From Thraustochytrium aureum (lineage: Eukaryota), in contig BLSG01000421.1 of assembly GCA_012862495.1 (NCBI GenBank), forward strand, positions 62,001 to 83,978: a stretch of DNA of 21,978 nucleotides, written 5' to 3'. The position numbers were made by a program, and so were the translations under genes. This document shows positions 17,376 through 21,978 of the stretch, piece after piece. The notes beneath the pieces are model-generated. The model had not been told where the DNA came from and did no database searches. It worked only from the letters and a program-made list of their open reading frames with translations. The number at the start of each line of letters is the position of its first letter. Positions within the stretch are counted from its first letter, which is position 1.

Positions 17376-18547
17376 TGTGTCGAAACATTCTTGCGCGCGA
17401 CAGAGGCTTCGTGCTGAAGAGCCCAGTTTGAACCTGGCGCAGCAGGCACGCAGCTGTGCCATCGCAGCCTGTGTCGAAACGGTCTTCAACTTGAGCCAGG
17501 CTCGACGCAAAACTTGGCCTGCGCCAGAATCGAGATTTCATTCAGCCCCATTTCGTCCATCCCCTGTAGGTCATCGCCAGCGGACGAAAAATGATCGCAT
17601 TCCTTTTCCGTGCCTGAGGTCGGTCGCCCTTGGCCCTGCCTCTGGAGCAGCGATGGCTTCGTCACGTAGCTAGCACGCATCAACGGAAAGTGGCGGCCAA
17701 CCGCTTGCCGTTTCGCTGCCCCCTAGCTCTGGAGAGCTCTCTCTAGCCTAGAGCTAGAGGGCCAGAGATCACCTGCAGGCGATTAGTATGACAACCGACC
17801 CGACGTTTGCTGGAGTCGGGCAACGATGGCCGCCTCTAGCATTCGCCGTGGCCGGCTCGATGTGAGTGAGCCACGACCCACACGCGAGAGTCGCGGGAGG
17901 TGGCTACCCGTTGCTGGCGCAACTTTTCGCTCCGATGGTCAGCACGACTCTGCTCGCCTCTGGTTGCCAGCGGACACGGGTCAACGGCTATACCGGTACC
18001 CTGGGTAGAATTTATTCGTCCAGACGCAGGCGAGGCGGGCCACATTCATCAGTTCAGAGGCGGCGTGAGCCACGATTATGAGAAGGCAGACGAGGCTAGG
18101 CGTTGTTCGGCAAAAGACGCGTGGAGGGGCGCGAAACGACCCGGAGGAATTTCTCCTGCTACCTTGATTGCCCTGACAATGCTCCGCAAGTCCGAGTCTG
18201 CGGTAACTGCTCGAGTTTCCCTTGGTGAGGACAACGATGCTGGCTCAGGCTGAGCAAGCCCGAGCCAAAATCCCGAGTAACCGCCACAGGCGTTGGGATA
18301 CCGTAGCGAGCAGGTGCGGTCACATCGTGTCCAGACCAGAGGGACGTTGTCTCTCTCTCTCGAGAGCTAGCTTAGAGCAAGTAGAGTTAGCGTTCTCCTC
18401 GCTTTCCAGGACTGCACGGGCTCACCAGGCTTCAATTCGCGTCAACCCAAACCTGAATCGCTGTCGACGACCAGGAAGCGACTCGGGGACGCAACATTGG
18501 GCAGGAGAAAAAGTGGATTGCTGCACTCCAGAGAAAGCGTCGCGAGG

Positions 18548-21500
18548 ATGGCGCGAAGGCTTGCGCGCGCCGTGTTCCTCGCGGCGTTCATCGCGCAGCT
18601 CTTTGCTCGGTCCCTGGCGGCTCGCTCGATGCTGGATTCGCACCTCAGAATGCTGGCGATGGACGCGCTATCTGATGGAACCGCGCCAGACACGTCCGGG
18701 TGCAATGTCCCCGAAAAACCTTTCGACTTCATTTGGATTGTGGATGAATCCGGCAGCGTCTCAACTGATGGATACAAGCAGCAGCTCTCGTTCATCAAAG
18801 GCATGGTTGGCGAGCTTTCTATCGGGGGAGCAAAACGAAATAGGCATGGCCTTGTGGAGTTCGCGTCTGGAACGCCGCTCTCGTCGAGCTCACATTCTCG
18901 CTTCGGGCTCGACGACTACAATGATATGGTCAACTTCAACAGCGCCGTCGACAATATCGTCTATCATAGAGGATTGACGCATTCTGCTGACATCATGGAG
19001 TACTTGGCGGATTACTACTTTACATGCTCGCCTTCGAAAGAGGCCCACTGCGCTGGAAACAAAAAGCGACCCGACACCCTCCGGGTCGTCATCTTCATGA
19101 GCGACGGTGTACCAACCACTTCAGGCAGCAAAGATCAACTGGCGCATTTGGTTCCGGAGACTGAACTAATGTTGCAGGCTGGGGAGGTGGACCGATTCAT
19201 TTTCGTCTGGATCAACTCGAACACGAACAGCAACCTTTTCAACTCGTTGACTGGGTTTAACCCTGCCTCAGACATGATTCAGATCAGCGGGTATGGGATG
19301 CTGGAACAAGCTGCTGTCTCCCTCCAGGCCGCAGTTTCGCGCTGCCCATACTCTCCACCGCCTTGCGGCTGTAAAGAAGCAACAATCAGCGCGCGCTGCG
19401 AGGCGTTCATGACAGTATCTCTGTTGTCTGGAGGCCAGACCAGGTTGCTCGGGACCACGACGGGTGCGCAAGATCTGTTTCGCGCAGACGTTGCGATACA
19501 AGAGAATGATAAGCTGGCATTTGCTTGTGCCAGTAGTATTGACGGCACGAGGTCCTTTCTCCAGGCTGAGGACGTGTCGACATCCAGCAGTGTCGCTTCG
19601 CTTTTGCAGGAAAGTGTCGCTCAAAGCGAGACCCTGTCGCTGGCTGATCAAGTTCGGGTCGCGGCCGGCGCGTCGCAGGATTCCAGCTCGTCATGGCCTC
19701 AAAGTACTCCCCGGCCAACGAAGGCCCCCGTGTCACTGATTCGTGAAGGCGCGTTCATCGCGAGCGTTGAATTGTGCGGCCAGACGTACGTCACCAAGTT
19801 GACTACAGAACTAGCCGATCCGAACCTCCCTTACACGTTCAACGTGCCAACCCGCACGCAAGATTTAGAGTCGTCCGTTGCCTTCCACTCTATGGCAGCG
19901 TCAGACGAAACCATGTTTTCAGTCGCCACCTGGCAAATCTGGACGTCTCAGTTCGCACAGAGTTCAAATACGTTCGGGTTCAACTTTGGCAAGATTTTAA
20001 CGTGCGCGCCATCCAAGGCTCCGACCAGGGCGCCCGTCACGCCAGATCCAACAGCGAAGCCCACTGGCTCGNNNNNNNNNNNNNNNNNNNNNNNNNNNNN
20101 NNNNNNNNNNNNNNNNNNNNNNNNNNNNNNNNNNNNNNNNNNNNNNNNNNNNNNNNNNNNNNNNNNNNNNNNNNNNNNNNNNNNNNNNNNNNNNNNNNNN
20201 NNNNNNNNNNNNNNNNNNNNNNNNNNNNNNNNNNNNNNNNNNNNNNNNNNNNNNNNNNNNNNNNNNNNNNNNNNNNNNNNNNNNNNNNNNNNNNNNNNNN
20301 NNNNNNNNNNNNNNNAGACGCACCTTCCAAGCGCCCGACAGACGCACTTCCAAGCGCCCGACAGACGCACCTTCCAAGCGCCCGACAGACGCACCGTCGA
20401 TTAGACCGTCTGGTTCGCCGAGCAGGTCGCCGTNACCTGCGCCAACCAAGGCGCCTTCAAAGTACCCGACGAGCTCGCCGAGTCACCGGCCAACAGTCAG
20501 CCCAAGCAAGAACCCATCCAAGTCCCCGACTCGTTCGCCGAGCAAGCGACCTTCGGTCTCGCCAACGCGCAACCCGACTCTCGCGCCAAGCGTCTCCCCA
20601 ACGAAAGGGGCCGACCCAATTCGGGTACTGCCCAGATGCGCACGTCTTGTTCGCAATCGACCACTCGAACTCAGTCCGCGTCAGCGAGATGGAAAGGCAA
20701 AAGGCCGTACTGACGGAACTCGTGCGATCGATTAACATCGGCGAAGTTGGCACCCACGTTGCAATTACGCGGTTTGGGGCCAACTACGTCGATGTCATCC
20801 CGCCAAACCAGATCAACACGGCGCAGGCCTATGATGCTGCCTACGTCGAGGCCCAGGTGACAGACTACGCGGAAAACGTGAACGGCAAGGTGCGTTGGTC
20901 CAACTTTATTCCGCTGTTCACAAACTACGGGCCAGCGATCGCGCAGGGTGCCAGCAACCCCACCATCGTAATTCTATCTGACGGCGAGCCGTACTTGCCC
21001 GGTCTCAAAAACAACGCCGAGGCGCAGAGAAAGTCGTGCGATGCGGCGGAGGCAATGAAGCTCGCTCACCCGAATGTCAACATCATCTGCTTCCAGAGCA
21101 GCCTGGATTCGTCCTCAAGAAACTTTTACAAGTGCGCCTGCGACGCGATCTGGCTCGCGAACGACCCCAAGTTCAAGGAAACGCCAGAGCGCATGGCCCT
21201 TCAGATGCGCAACTTTATCTGCCAGCCGAGTGAGAAGCAAGCCGACCCCTGCTATGCCATCAACATGGACCCCAAGTACGACGACATGCGAGACCCGAAC
21301 AAAGAGCGGCGCTCACAGTGCCTCAAGGTCAAGCGCAACTACCGAGGCCTTGTCTCTGTCGCAGACGGCATCGAATATGTGGAGCGCCCCCACTGCTGGT
21401 GGAACAAAGGTTGTCAGGTTCTCAATCGCTTTGCCCCGCTTTACATCACCCCAGTCGGCGAGCTCGCTCAGGGTGGCGGCAATTCCGGGACAGCGTCCGC

Positions 21501-21942
21501 CTTTGATTGCACGAAGCAGAGCAGCAAGACCTGCAAGGACTTTGCTGACCAGGGTTGCCTCTACGGCAAGAATGCAGGGGCCAGAAAAAAGACGTGCTTC
21601 TTGGACCCGAACTTTACGCCGCGCGAGACCGGGTCAGAAACAAAGGCCCCGTCACCTGCCCCGACGCTCCCTGCTTGCGCCACGCTCCGAGTCAAGAAGA
21701 GCTGCAGATCGCAGCTCGGATGCACGTGGGGCAGAATTCCCGGTGGTTCTCGTGCCCAGGTGTGCTACAACCCTCTCGAGATTGTCCAGCCAACGCCTGC
21801 ACCAACGCTAGAGCCGCCTCCTGCTGGCGGTATTTCCTCGTCGGCCTGCACCGGCCGGGCCCGCAAAGCCTGCCAAAACGACAAATCCTGTGTCTGGGGT
21901 CGGCCCATGGGCTCCAAAAAGACCATCTGCTACCTTGGTTGA
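18548..21942 (+). CDS. Secreted adhesin/matrix-like protein: signal peptide, VWA, beta-rich domain, Pro/Ser/Thr stalk, second VWA, Cys-rich repeats (spans an N-gap and two 1-nt indels)
   Basis: MARRLARAVFLAAFIAQLFARSLA looks like a signal peptide. VWA1 has FDFIWIVDESGS...VVIFMSDG and VWA2 has VLFAIDHSNS...IVILSDGEP, both with DxSxS. PT/PS repeats lie on both sides of the 20072-20315 gap. There are three C-terminal 4-Cys units and no C-terminal hydrophobic anchor. Joining the two halves across the gap is inferred. Confidence 0.75.
20317..20396 (+). repeat. 24-bp coding tandem repeat GACGCACCTTCCAAGCGCCCGACA (DAPSKRPT)
   Basis: Copies at 20317, 20341 (23 bp, one C missing), 20364 and a partial copy at 20388. 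The array probably extends into the preceding gap. Confidence 0.88.
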
Positions 21943-21978
21943 ACCCATCGACAACGGCCCAGTGGAAGTGGCCTTAGG

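Noticed and set aside
16850..18500. Short ORFs or RNA genes in the XPD-VWA intergenic region
   Set aside because: ORFs are short and motif-free; I could not recognise tRNA, rRNA or snRNA signatures by eye. An Infernal/Rfam scan would be needed to exclude them.

Overview
GC-rich, intron-poor eukaryotic genomic DNA from a draft assembly with four N-gaps and several single-base indels. It probably comes from a flagellated protist; a stramenopile such as a labyrinthulomycete is my inference from gene content and intron style. Six protein-coding genes are supported. (1) A polytopic membrane protein with an internal two-fold repeat, split by a 1-nt frameshift. (2) A KIF3B-like kinesin-2 motor on the minus strand, also split by a 1-nt frameshift. 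(3) Head-to-head with the kinesin, a ~2240-aa intronless multidomain protein: uncharacterised N-terminal domain, split 4-Cys motif, response-regulator receiver domain lacking the phosphoacceptor Asp, alpha/beta-hydrolase fold lacking the nucleophile, six IQ motifs, coiled coil, SAM and ankyrin repeats. (4) A small spliced DSS1/SEM1 gene missed by the ORF track. (5) A spliced XPD/ERCC2 helicase. (6) A secreted protein with two VWA domains, a Pro/Ser/Thr stalk and Cys-rich C-terminal repeats. Intergenic DNA holds a CTG/CAG tract, a 33-bp minisatellite, simple repeats and a short dispersed repeat present twice. The best candidate for an undescribed system is gene 3, an apparent signalling scaffold with two pseudo-catalytic modules and calmodulin-binding motifs, lying next to the anterograde IFT motor.
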